Source of the DNA: the human T2T-CHM13v2.0 reference genome, Homo sapiens
Reading direction: 5' to 3' (one strand)
NCBI RefSeq assembly: GCF_009914755.1
Contig: NC_060935.1
DNA: 64,000 nucleotides
Shown here: in pieces, positions 52,230 to 64,000 of the stretch
Layout: each line of letters opens with the position of its first letter
Position numbering within the stretch: position 1 is the first letter of the stretch
Translations under genes and position numbers: made by a program
Notes under the pieces: model-generated
Told to the model about the DNA's origin: nothing
Databases searched by the model: none
The model's input: only the letters and a program-made list of their open reading frames with translations

Positions 52230-55200
52230 GAACCTTGCTTTCATAGTTCAGCTTTCAAACACTCTTTTTGTAGAATCTGCAAGTGGATATTTGGACCACT
52301 TTGTGGCCTTCCTTCGAAACGGGTATATCTTCACATCAAACCTAGACAGAAGCATTCTCAGAATGTTTCCTGTGATGACTGCATTCAACTCACAGAGGTG
52401 AACAATCCTGCTGATGGAGCAGTTTTGAAACTCTCTTTCTTTGGATTCTGCAAGTGGATATGTGGACCTCTGTGAAGATTTCGTTGGAAACGGGTTCATC
52501 TTCACAGAAAAACTAAACAGAAGCATTCTCAGAAACTGCTTTGTGATGTTTGTGTTCCACTTCAGGAATTGAACTTTCCTCTTGACAGAGCAGCTCTGAA
52601 ACCCTCTTATTCTAGAATCTGAAAGTGGACATTTGGAGGGCTTTGAGGCCTGTGGTGGAAAAGGAAAATCTTCACATAAAAACTAGATGGAAGCATTCTC
52701 AGAAACTACTTTTTGATGATTGCATTCGACTCACAGAGTTGAACATTCCTGTAGATAGAGCAGGTTGTAAACAATGTTTTTGTAGAATCTGCGATTGGAG
52801 ATTTGGAATGCTTTGAGGCCTACTGTAGTAAAGGAAATAACTTCATCTAAAAACAAAACGGAAGCATTCACAGACAATTCTTAGTGATCATTGGATTGAA
52901 CTAACAGAGCTGAACATTCCTTTAGATGGAGCAGTTTCCAAACCCACTTTCTGTAGAATCTGCAAGTGGATATTTGGACTTCTCTGAGGATTTCGTTGGA
53001 AACGGGATAAACTTCCCAGAACTACACGGAAGCATTGTGAGAAACTTCTTTGTGATGTTTGCATTCAACTCACAGAGTTGAACCTTGCTTTCATAGTTCA
53101 GCTTTCAAACACTCTTTTTGTAGAATCTGCAAGTGGATATTTGGACCACTTTGTGGCCTTCCTTCGAAACGGGTATATCTTCACATCAAACCTAGACAGA
53201 AGCATTCTCAGAATGTTTCCTGTGATGACTGCATTCAACTCACAGAGGTGAACAATCCTGCTGATGGAGCAGTTTTGAAACTCTCTTTCTTTGGATTCTG
53301 CAAGTGGATATGTGGACCTCTGTGAAGATTTCGTTGGAAACGGGTTCATCTTCACAGAAAAACTAAACAGGAGCATTCTCAGAAACTGCTTTGTGATGTT
53401 TGTGTTCCACTTCGAGAATTGAACTTTCCTCTAGACAGAGCAGCTCTGAAACCCTCTTTCTCTAGAATCTGCAAGGGGACATTTGGAGGGCTTTGAGGCC
53501 TGTGGTGGAAAAGGAAAATCTTCACATAAAAACTAGATGGAAGCATTCTCAGAAACTGCTTTATGATGATTGCATTCGACTCACAGAGTTGAACATTCCT
53601 ATAGATAGAGCAGGTTGTAAACAATCTTTTTGTAGAATCTGCGATTGGAGATTTGGACTGCTTTGAGGCCTACTGTAGTAAAGGAAATAAATTCATCTAA
53701 AAACCAAACGGAAGCATTCACAGACAATTCTTAGTGATCATTGGATTGAACTAACAGAGCTGAACATTCCTTTAGATGGAGCAGTTTCCAAACACACTTT
53801 CTGTAGAATCTGCAAGTGGATATTTGGACTTCTCTGAGGATTTCGTTGGAAACGGGATAAACTTCCCAGAACTACACGGAAGCATTGTGAGAAACTTCTT
53901 TGTGATGTTTGCATTCAACTCACAGAGTTGAACCTTGCTTTCATAGTTCAGCTTTCAAACACTCTTTTTGTAGAATCTGCAAGTGGATATTTGGACCACT
54001 TTGTGGCCTTCCTTCGAAACGGGTATATCTTCACATCAAACCTAGACAGAAGCATTCTCAGAATGTTTCCTGTGATGACTGCATTCAACTCACAGAGGTG
54101 AACAATCCTGCTGATGGAGCAGTTTTGAAACTCTCTTTCTTTGGATTCTGCAAGTGGATATGTGGACCTCTGTGAAGATTTCGTTGGAAACGGGTTCATC
54201 TTCACAGAAAAACTAAACAGAAGCAATCTCAGAAACTGCTTTGTGATGTTTGTGTTCCACTTCAGGAATTGAACTTTCCTCTTGACAGAGCAGCTCTGAA
54301 ACCCTCTTATTCTAGAATCTGAAAGTGGACATTTGGAGGGCTTTGAGGCCTGTGGTGGAAAAGGAAAATCTTCACATAAAAACTAGATGGAAGCATTCTC
54401 AGAAACTACTTTTTGATGATTGCATTCGACTCACAGAGTTGAACATTCCTGTAGATAGAGCAGGTTGTAAACAATGTTTTTGTAGAATCTGCGATTGGAG
54501 ATTTGGAATGCTTTGAGGCCTACTGTAGTAAAGGAAATAACTTCATCTAAAAACCAAACGGAAGCATTCACAGACAATTCTTAGTGATCATTGGATTGAA
54601 CTAACAGAGCTGAACATTCCTTTAGATGGAGCAGTTTCCAAACCCACTTTCTGTAGAATCTGCAAGTGGATATTTGGACTTCTCTGAGGATTTCGTTGGA
54701 AACGGGATAAACTTCCCAGAACTACACGGAAGCATTGTGAGAAACTTCTTTGTGATGTTTGCATTCAACTCACAGAGTTGAACCTTGCTTTCATAGTTCA
54801 GCTTTCAAACACTCTTTTTGTAGAATCTGCAAGTGGATATTTGGACCACTTTGTGGCCTTCCTTTGAAAAGGGTATATCTTCACATCAAACCTAGACAGA
54901 GGCATTCTCAGAATGTTTCCTGTGATGACTGCATTCAACTCACAGAGGTGAACAATCCTGTTGATGGAGCAGTTTTGAAACTCTCTTTCTTTGGATTCTG
55001 CAAGTGGATATGTGGACCTCTGTGAAGATTTCGTTGGAAACGGGTTCATCTTCACAGAAAAACTAAACAGAAGCATTCTCAGAAACTGCTTTGTGATGTT
55101 TGTGTTCCACTTCAGGAATTGAACTTTCCTCTTGAAAGAGCAGCTCTGAAACCCTCTTTTTCTAGAATCTGCAAGTGGACATTTGGAGGGCTTCGAGGCC

Positions 55201-58200
55201 TGTGGTGGAAAAGGAAAATCTTCACATAAAAACTAGATTGAAGCATTCTCAGAAACTACTTTGTGATGATTGCATTCGACTCACAGAGTTGAACATTCCT
55301 ATAGATAGAGCAGGTTGTAAACAATCTTTTTGTAGAATCTGCGATTGGAGATTTGGACTGCTTTGAGGCCTACTGTAGTAAAGGAAATAACTTCATCTAA
55401 AAACCAAACGGAAGCATTCACAGACAATTCTTAGTGATCATTGGATTGAACTAACAGAGCTGAACATTCCTTTAGATGGAGCAGTTTCCAAACCCACTTT
55501 CTGTAGAATCTGCAAGTGGATATTTGGACTTCTCTGAGGATTTCGTTGGAAACGGGATAAACTTCCCAGAACTACACGGAAGCATTCTGAGAAACTTCTT
55601 TGTGATGTTTGCATTCAACTCACAGAGATGAACCTTGCTTTCATAGTTCAGCTTTCAAACACTCTTTTTGTAGAATCTGCAAGTGGATATTTGGACCACT
55701 TTGTGGCCTTCCTTCGAAACGGGTATATCTTCACATCAAACCTAGACAGAAGCATTCTCAGAATGTTTCCTGTGATGACTGCATTCAACTCACAGAGGTG
55801 AACAATCCTGCTGATGGAGCAGTTTTGAAACTCTCTTTCTTTGGATTCTGCAAGTGGATATGTGGACCTCTGTGAAGATTTCGTTGGAAACGGGTTCATC
55901 TTCACAGAAAAACTAAACAGAAGCATTCTCAGAAACTGCTTTGTGATGTTTGTGTTCCACTTCAGGAATTGAACTTTCCTCTTGACAGAGCAGCTCTGAA
56001 ACCCTCTTATTCTAGAATCTGAAAGTGGACATTTAGAGGGCTTTGAGGCCTGTGGTGGAAAAGGAAAATCTTCACATAAAAACTAGATGGAAGCATTCTC
56101 AGAAACTACTTTTTGATGATTGCATTCGACTCACAGAGTTGAACATTCCTGTAGATAGAGCAGGTTGTAAACAATGTTTTTGTAGAATCTGCGATTGGAG
56201 ATTTGGAATGCTTTGAGGCCTACTGTAGTAAAGGAAATAACTTCATCTAAAAACAAAACGGAAGCATTCACAGACAATTCTTAGTGATCATTGGATTGAA
56301 CTAACAGAGCTGAACATTCCTTTAGATGGAGCAGTTTCCAAACCCACTTTCTGTAGAATCTGCAAGTGGATATTTGGACTTCTCTGAGGATTTCGTTGGA
56401 AACGGGATAAACTTCCCAGAACTACACGGAAGCATTGTGAGAAACTTCTTTGTGATGTTTGCATTCAACTCACAGAGTTGAACCTTGCTTTCATAGTTCA
56501 GCTTTCAAACACTCTTTTTGTAGAATCTGCAAGTGGATATTTGGACCACTTTGTGGCCTTCCTTCGAAACGGGTATATCTTCACATCAAACCTAGACAGA
56601 AGCATTCTCAGAATGTTTCCTGTGATGACTGCATTCAACTCACAGAGGTGAACAATCCTGCTGATGGAGCAGTTTTGAAACTCTCTTTCTTTGGATTCTG
56701 CAAGTGGATATGTGGACCTCTGTGAAGATTTCGTTGGAAAAGGGTTCATCTTCACAGAAAAACTAAACAGGAGCATTCTCAGAAACTGCTTTGTGATGTT
56801 TGTGTTCCACTTCGAGAATTGAACTTTCCTCTAGACAGAGCAGCTCTGAAACCCTCTTTCTCTAGAATCTGCAAGGGGACATTTGGAGGGCTTTGAGGCC
56901 TGTGGTGGAAAAGGAAAATCTTCACATAAAAACTAGATGGAAGCATTCTCAGAAACTACTTTATGATGATTGCATTCGACTCACAGAGTTGAACATTCCT
57001 ATAGATAGAGCAGGTTGTAAACAATCTTTTTGTAGAATCTGCGATTGGAGATTTGGACTGCTTTGAGGCCTACTGTAGTAAAGGAAATAAATTCATCTAA
57101 AAACCAAACGGAAGCATTCACAGACAATTCTTAGTGATCATTGGATTGAACTAACAGAGCTGAACATTCCTTTAGATGGAGCAGTTTCCAAACACACTTT
57201 CTGTAGAATCTGCAAGTGGATATTTGGACTTCTCTGAGGATTTCGTTGGAAACGGGATAAACTTCCCAGAACTACACGGAAGCATTGTGAGAAACTTCTT
57301 TGTGATGTTTGCATTCAACTCACAGAGTTGAACCTTGCTTTCATAGTTCAGCTTTCAAACACTCTTTTTGTAGAATCTGCAAGTGGATATTTGGACCACT
57401 TTGTGGCCTTCCTTCGAAACGGGTATATCTTCACATCAAACCTAGACAGAAGCATTCTCAGAATGTTTCCTGTGATGACTGCATTCAACTCACAGAGGTG
57501 AACAATCCTGCTGATGGAGCAGTTTTGAAACTCTCTTTCTTTGGATTCTGCAAGTGGATATGTGGACCTCTGTGAAGATTTCGTTGGAAACGGGTTCATC
57601 TTCACAGAAAAACTAAACAGAAGCATTCTCAGAAACTGCTTTGTGATGTTTGTGTTCCACTTCAGGAATTGAACTTTCCTCTTGACAGAGCAGCTCTGAA
57701 ACCCTCTTATTCTAGAATCTGAAAGTGGACATTTGGAGGGCTTTGAGGCCTGTGGTGGAAAAGGAAAATCTTCACATAAAAACTAGATGGAAGCATTCTC
57801 AGAAACTACTTTTTGATGATTGCATTCGACTCACAGAGTTGAACATTCCTGTAGATAGAGCAGGTTGTAAACAATGTTTTTGTAGAATCTGCGATTGGAG
57901 ATTTGGAATGCTTTGAGGCCTACTGTAGTAAAGGAAATAACTTCATCTAAAAACAAAACGGAAGCATTCACAGACAATTCTTAGTGATCATTGGATTGAA
58001 CTAACAGAGCTGAACATTCCTTTAGATGGAGCAGTTTCCAAACCCACTTTCTGTAGAATCTGCAAGTGGATATTTGGACTTCTCTGAGGATTTCGTTGGA
58101 AACGGGATAAACTTCCCAGAACTACACGGAAGCATTGTGAGAAACTTCTTTGTGATGTTTGCATTCAACTCACAGAGTTGAACCATGCTTTCATAGTTCA

Positions 58201-59120
58201 GCTTTCAAACACTCTTTTTGTAGAATCTGCAAGTGGATATTTGGACCACTTTGTGGCCTTCCTTTGAAAAGGGTATATCTTCACATCAAACCTAGACAGA
58301 GGCATTCTCAGAATGTTTCCTGTGATGACTGCATTCAACTCACAGAGGTGAACAATCCTGTTGATGGAGCAGTTTTGAAACTCTCTTTCTTTGGATTCTG
58401 CAAGTGGATATGTGGACCTCTGTGAAGATTTCGTTGGAAACGGGTTCATCTTCACAGAAAAACTAAACAGAAGCATTCTCAGAAACTGCTTTGTGATGTT
58501 TGTGTTCCACTTCAGGAATTGAACTTTCCTCTTGAAAGAGCAGCTCTGAAACCCTCTTTTTCTAGAATCTGCAAGTGGACATTTGGAGGGCTTCGAGGCC
58601 TGTGGTGGAAAAGGAAAATCTTCACATAAAAACTAGATTGAAGCATTCTCAGAAACTACTTTGTGATGATTGCATTCGACTCACAGAGTTGAACATTCCT
58701 ATAGATAGAGCAGGTTGTAAACAATCTTTTTGTAGAATCTGCGATTGGAGATTTGGACTGCTTTGAGGCCTACTGTAGTAAAGGAAATAACTTCATCTAA
58801 AAACCAAACGGAAGCATTCACAGACAATTCTTAGTGATCATTGGATTGAACTAACAGAGCTGAACATTCCTTTAGATGGAGCAGTTTCCAAACCCACTTT
58901 CTGTAGAATCTGCAAGTGGATATTTGGACTTCTCTGAGGATTTCGTTGGAAACGGGATAAACTTCCCAGAACTACACGGAAGCATTCTGAGAAACTTCTT
59001 TGAGATGTTTGCATTCAACTCACAGAGATGAACCTTGCTTTCATAGTTCAGCTTTCAAACACTCTTTTTGTAGAATCTGCAAGTGGATATTTGGACCACT
59101 TTGTGGCCTTCCTTCGAAAC
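52230..59120 (+). repeat. 3400-bp (4-HOR) tandem duplication containing an internal 1700-bp dimer
   Basis: Variants match at +3400: GAAAGTGG 52621/56021 and 54321/57721; GCAAGGGG 53471/56871; TTATGAT 53561/56961; CCTTTGAAAAGGG 54861/58261; CTTCGAGG 55191/58591; TAGATTG 55234/58634; CACAGAGATG 55621/59021. Confidence 0.9.
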
Positions 59121-60599
59121 GGCTATATCTTCACATCAAACCTAGACAGAAACATTCTCAGAATGTTTCCTGTGATGACTGCATTCAACTCACAGAGGTG
59201 AACAATCCTGTTGATGGAGCAGTTTTCAAACTCTCTTTCTTTGGATTCTGCAAGTTGATATGTGGACCTCTGTGAAGATTTCGTTGCAAACGGGTTCATC
59301 TTCACAGGAAAACTAAACAGGAGCATTCTCAGAAACTGCTTTGTGATGTTTGTGTTCCACTTCAAGAATTGAACTTTCCTCTTGACAGAGCAGCTCTGAA
59401 ACCCTCTTTTTCTAGAATCTGCAAGTGGACATTTGGAGGGCTTTGAGGCCTGTGGTGGAAAAGGAAAATCTTCACATAAAAACTTTATGGAAGCATTCTC
59501 AGAAACTGCTTTGTGATGATTGCATTCGACTCACAGAGTTGAACATTCCTATAGATAGAGCAGGTTGTAAACAATCTTTTTGTAGAATCTGCGATTGGAG
59601 ATTTGGACTGCTTTGAGGCCTACTGTAGTAAAGGAAATAACTTCATCTAAAAACCAAACGGAAGCATTCACAGACAATTCTTAGTGATCATTGGATTGAA
59701 CTAACAGAGCTGAACATTCCTTTAGATGGAGCAGTTTCCAAACACACTTTCTGTAGAATCTGCAAGTGGATATTTGGACTTCTCTGAGGATTTCGTTGGA
59801 AACGGGATAAACTTCCCAGAAGTACACGGAACCATTGTGAGAAACTTCTTTGTGATGTTTGCATTCAACTCACAGAGTTGAACCTTGCTTTCGTAGTTCA
59901 GGTTTCAAACACTCTTTTTGTAGAATCTGCAAGTGGATATTTGGACCACTTTGTGGCCTTCCTTCGAAACGGGTATATCTTCACATCAAACCTAGACAGA
60001 AGCATTCTCAGAATGTTTCCTGTGATGACTGCATTCAACTCACAGAGGTGAACAATCCTGCTGATGGAGCAGTTTTGAAACTCTCTTTCTTTGGATTCTG
60101 CAAGTGGATATGTGGACCTCTGTGAAGATTTCGTTGGAAACGGGTTCATCTTCACAGAAAAACTAAACAGAAGCATTCTCAGAAACTGCTTTGTGATGTT
60201 TGTGTTCCACTTCAGGAATTGAACTTTCCTCTTGACAGAGCAGCTCTGAAACCCTCTTATTCTAGAATCTGCAAGTGGACATTTGGAGGGCTTTGAGGCC
60301 TGTGGTGGAAAAGGAAAATCTTCACATAAAAACTAGATGGAAGCATTCTCAGAAACTACTTTTTGATGATTGCATTCGACTCACAGAGTTGAACATTCCT
60401 ATAGATAGAGCAGGTTGTAAACAATCTTTTTGTAGAATCTGCGATTGGAGATTTGGACTGCTTTGAGGCCTACTGTAGTAAAGGAAATAACTTCATCTAA
60501 AAACCAAACGGAAGCATTCACAGACAATTCTTAGTGATCATTGGATTGAACTAACAGAGCTGAACATTCCTTTAGATGGAGCAGTTTCCAAACACACTT

Positions 60600-63500
60600 T
60601 CTGTAGAATCTGCAAGTGGATATTTGGACTTCTCTGAGGATTTCGTTGGAAACGGGATAAACTTCCCAGAACTACACGGAAGCATTGTGAGAAACTTCTT
60701 TGTGATGTTTGCATTCAACTCACAGAGTTGAACCTTGCTTTCATAGTTCAGCTTTCAAACACTCTTTTTGTAGAATCTGCAAGTGGATATTTGGACCACT
60801 TTGTGGCCTTCCTTCGAAACGGGTATATCTTCACATCAAACCTAGACAGAAGCATTCTCAGAATGTTTCCTGTGATGACTGCATTCAACTCACAGAGGTG
60901 AACAATCCTGTTGATGGAGCAGTTTTGAAACTCTCTTTCTTTGGATTCTGCAAGTGGATATGTGGACCTCTGTGAAGATTTCGTTGGAAACGGGTTCATC
61001 TTCACAGAAAAACTAAACAGAAGCATTCTCAGAAACTGCTTTGTGATGTTTGTGTTCCACTTCAGGAATTGAACTTTCCTCTTGAAAGAGCAGCTCTGAA
61101 ACCCTCTTTTTCTGGAATCTGCAAGTGGATATTTGGAGGGATTTGAGGCCTGTGGTGGAAAAGGAAAATCTTCACATAAAAACTAGATGGAAGCATTCTC
61201 AGAAACTACTTTGTGATGATTGCATTCGACTCACAGAGTTGAACATTCCTATAGATAGAGCAGGTTGTAAACAATCTTTTTGTAGAATCTGCGATTGGAG
61301 ATTTGGACTGCTTTGAGGCCTACTGTAGTAAAGGAAATAACTTCATCTAAAAACCAAACGGAAGCATTCACAGACAATTCTTAGTGATCATTGGATTGAA
61401 CTAACAGAGCTGAACATTCCTTTAGATGGAGCAGTTTCCAAACACACTTTCTGTAGAATCTGCAAGTGGATATTTGGACTTCTCTGAGGATTTCGTTGGA
61501 AACGGGATAAACTTCCCAGAACTACACGGAAGCATTGTGAGAAACTTCTTTGTGATGTTTGCATTCAACTCACAGAGTTGAACCTTGCTTTCATAGCTCA
61601 GCTTTCAAACACTCTTTTTGTAGAATCTGCAAGTGGATATTTGGACCACTTTGTGGCCTTCCTTCGAAACGGGTATATCTTCACATCAAACCTAGACAGA
61701 AGCATTCTCAGAATGTTTCCTGTGATGACTGCATTCAACTCACAGAGGTGAACAATCCTGCTGATGGAGCAGTTTTGAAACTCTCTTTCTTTGGATTCTG
61801 CAAGTGGATATGTGGACCTCTGTGAAGATTTCGTTGGAAAAGGGTTCATCTTCACAGAAAAACTAAACAGGAGCATTCTCAGAAACTGCTTTGTGATGTT
61901 TGTGTTCCACTTCGAGAATTGAACTTTCCTCTTGACAGAGCAGCTCTGAAACCCTCTTTTTCTAGAATCTGGAAGTGGACATTTGGAGGGCTTTGAGGCC
62001 TGTGGTGGAAAAGGAAAATCTTCACATAAAAACTAGATGGAAGCATTCTCAGAAACTACTTTGTGATGATTGCATTCGACTCACAGAGTTGAACATTCCT
62101 ATAGATAGAGCAGGTTGTAAACAATCTTTTTGTAGAATCTGCGATTGGAGATTTGGACTGCTTTGAGGCCTACTGTAGTAAAGGAAATAACTTCATCTAA
62201 AAACCAAACGGAAGCATTCACAGACAATTCTTAGTGATCATTGGATTGAAATAACAGAGCTGAACATTCCTTTAGATGGCGCAGTTTCCAAACACACTTT
62301 CTGTAGAATCTGCAAGTGGATATTTGGACCTCTCTGAGGATTTCGTTGGAAACGGGATAAACTTCCCAGAACTACACGGAAGCATGCTGAGAAACTTCTT
62401 TGTGATGTTTGCATTCAACTCACAGAGCTGAACCTTGCTTTCATAGTTCAGCTTTCAAACACACTTTTTGTAGAATCTGCAAGTGGATATTTGGACCACT
62501 TTGTGGCCTTCCTTCGAAACGGGTATATCTTCACATCAAACCTAGACAGAAGCATTCTCAGAATGTTTCCTGTGATGACTGCATTCAACTCACAGAGGTG
62601 AACAATCCTGCTGATGAAGCAGTGTTGAAACTCTCTTTCTTTGGATTCTGCAAGTGGATATGTGGACCTCTGTGAAGATTTCGTTGGAAACGGGTTCATC
62701 TTCACAGAAAAACTAAACAGGAGCATTCTCAGAAACTGCTTTGTGATGTTTGTGTTCCACTTCAAGAATTGAACTTTCCTCTTGACAGAGCAGCTCTGAA
62801 ACCCTCTTTTTCTAGAATCTGCAAGTGGACATTTGGAGGGCTTTGAGGCCTGTGGTGGAAAAGGAAAATCTTCACATAAAAACTAGATGGAAGCATTCTC
62901 AGAAACTACTTTGTGATGATTGCATTCGACTCACAGAGTTGAACATTCCTATAGATAGAGCAGGTTGTAAACAATCTTTTTGTAGAATCTGCGATTGGAG
63001 ATTTGGACTGCTTTGAGGCCTACTGTAGTAAAGGAAATAACTTCATCTAAAAACCAAACGGAAGCATTCACAGACAATTCTTAGTGATCATTGCATTGAA
63101 CTAACAGAGCTGAACATTCCTTTAGATGGCGCAGTTTCCAAACACACTTTCTGTAGAATCTGCAAGTGGATATTTGGACCTCTCTGAGGATTTCGTTGGA
63201 AACGGGATAAACTTCCCAGAACTACACGGAAGCATTGTGAGAAACTTCTTTGTGATGTTTGCATTCAACTCACAGAGCTGAACCTTGCTTTCATAGTTCA
63301 GCTTTCAAACACTCTTTTTGTAGAATCTGCAAGTGGATATTTGGACCACTTTGTGGCCTTCCTTCGAAACGGGTATATCTTCACATCAAACCTAGACAGA
63401 AGCATTCTCAGAATGTTTCCTGTGATGACTGCATTCAACTCACAGAGGTGAACAATCCTGCTGATGGAGCAGTTTTGAAACTCTCTTTCTTTGGATTCTG

Positions 63501-64000
63501 CAAGTGGATATGTGGACCTCTGTGAAGATTTCGTTGGAAAAGGGTTCATCTTCACAGAAAAACTAAACAGGAGCATTCTCAGAAACTGCTTTGTGATGTT
63601 TGTGTTCCACTTCGAGAATTGAACTTTCCTCTAGACAGAGCAGCTCTGAAACCCTCTTTCTCTAGAATCTGCAAGGGGACATTTGGAGGGCTTTGAGGCC
63701 TGTGGTGGAAAAGGAAAATCTTCACATAAAAACTAGATGGAAGCATTCTCAGAAACTACTTTGTGATGATTGCATTCGACTCACAGAGTTGAACATTCCT
63801 ATAGATAGAGCAGGTTGTAAACAATCTTTTTGTAGAATCTGCGATTGGAGATTTGGACTGCTTTGAGGCCTACTGTAGTAAAGGAAATAAATTCATCTAA
63901 AAACCAAACGGAAGCATTCACAGACAATTCTTAGTGATCATTGGATTGAACTAACAGAGCTGAACATTCCTTTAGATGGAGCAGTTTCCAAACACACTTT
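60600..64000 (+). repeat. Block of at least 4 HORs, copy 2, running off the window end
   Basis: Matching variants at 61086, 61114, 61141, 61597, 61841, 61914, 62428, 62617, 63278, 63541, 63633, 63676 and 63891. Confidence 0.9.

Larger units (their letters stand above)
1..64000 (+). repeat. D11Z1: Alpha-satellite HOR array: ~75.3 copies of an 850-bp pentameric HOR (SF3), most likely human chromosome 11 centromere D11Z1
   Basis: Alphoid monomer motifs (GAAGCATTCTCAGAAAC..., ACTCACAGAGTTGAAC, GAATCTGCAAGTGGATATTTG) recur every ~170 bp. The period is exactly 850 bp: ORF starts at 363, 1213, 2063 ... 63259 = 363+74x850-4. Units differ by only a few SNPs. One TCTAGA (XbaI) per unit, e.g. 765-770. 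An 850-bp XbaI pentamer is the established D11Z1 signature. Alpha satellite is certain; the chromosome assignment is less so. Confidence 0.95.

Noticed and set aside
22415-55720. Duplication junctions clustering between the CENP-B boxes
   Set aside because: The junction intervals (22415-22772, ~55629-55720) are compatible with this, but they are wide and too few to test.
363-63576. About 220 short ORFs (63, 88 and 92-105 aa; Cys/His-rich, e.g. MHSTHRVEPC..., MDIWRALRPV...)
   Set aside because: They are translations of the satellite repeating every 850 bp. Many start at TTG/GTG, they overlap on both strands, and stops and frameshifts break them at random (38858, 4208, 37241). There is no gene context or recognisable domain.
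1-64000. CRISPR-like or other prokaryotic repeat-spacer system
   Set aside because: There are no unique spacers and no cas-like ORFs; everything between the conserved motifs is itself tandemly repeated alphoid sequence.
1-64000. L1/Alu insertion, inversion or HOR with altered monomer number
   Set aside because: The 850-bp phase is kept end to end with a net shift of only -4 bp, and all boxes are on the + strand.
1-64000. Other SF3 arrays (DXZ1 12-mer, D17Z1 16-mer, D1Z5 11-mer)
   Set aside because: In those arrays adjacent pentamers are clearly diverged and the near-identical period is about 1.9-2.7 kb. Here the near-identical period is 850 bp.
1-64000. Claim that this window is the CENP-A/kinetochore (CDR) site or is transcribed
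   Set aside because: These are epigenetic properties that cannot be read from sequence. Homogeneity and box density show only that it is an active-type array.

Overview
The whole 64 kb window is one uninterrupted, single-orientation primate centromeric alpha-satellite array. It holds about 75.3 head-to-tail copies of an 850-bp higher-order repeat (HOR) made of five ~171-bp monomers, with B-B-B-A-A box order and one XbaI site per unit. This matches the SF3 pentamer and, most likely, human chromosome 11 D11Z1. That assignment comes from recognition, not a database search. Each HOR carries two intact CENP-B boxes, one fixed degenerate box and two A-type boxes. I see no genes, RNA genes, transposon insertions, inversions or CRISPR array; the ORF track only reflects the 850-bp periodicity. 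I found no new biological system. What the sequence does show is the array's recent history, written in shared SNP haplotypes: a 2-HOR dimer amplified about 4.5 times, a near-identical 7-HOR tandem duplication that captured part of it, a 4-HOR tandem duplication, a block repeated at 14-HOR spacing, older dispersed haplotype blocks, chimeric units, four 1-bp deletions and sporadic CENP-B box knockouts. All variants were read by eye and need confirming by alignment.
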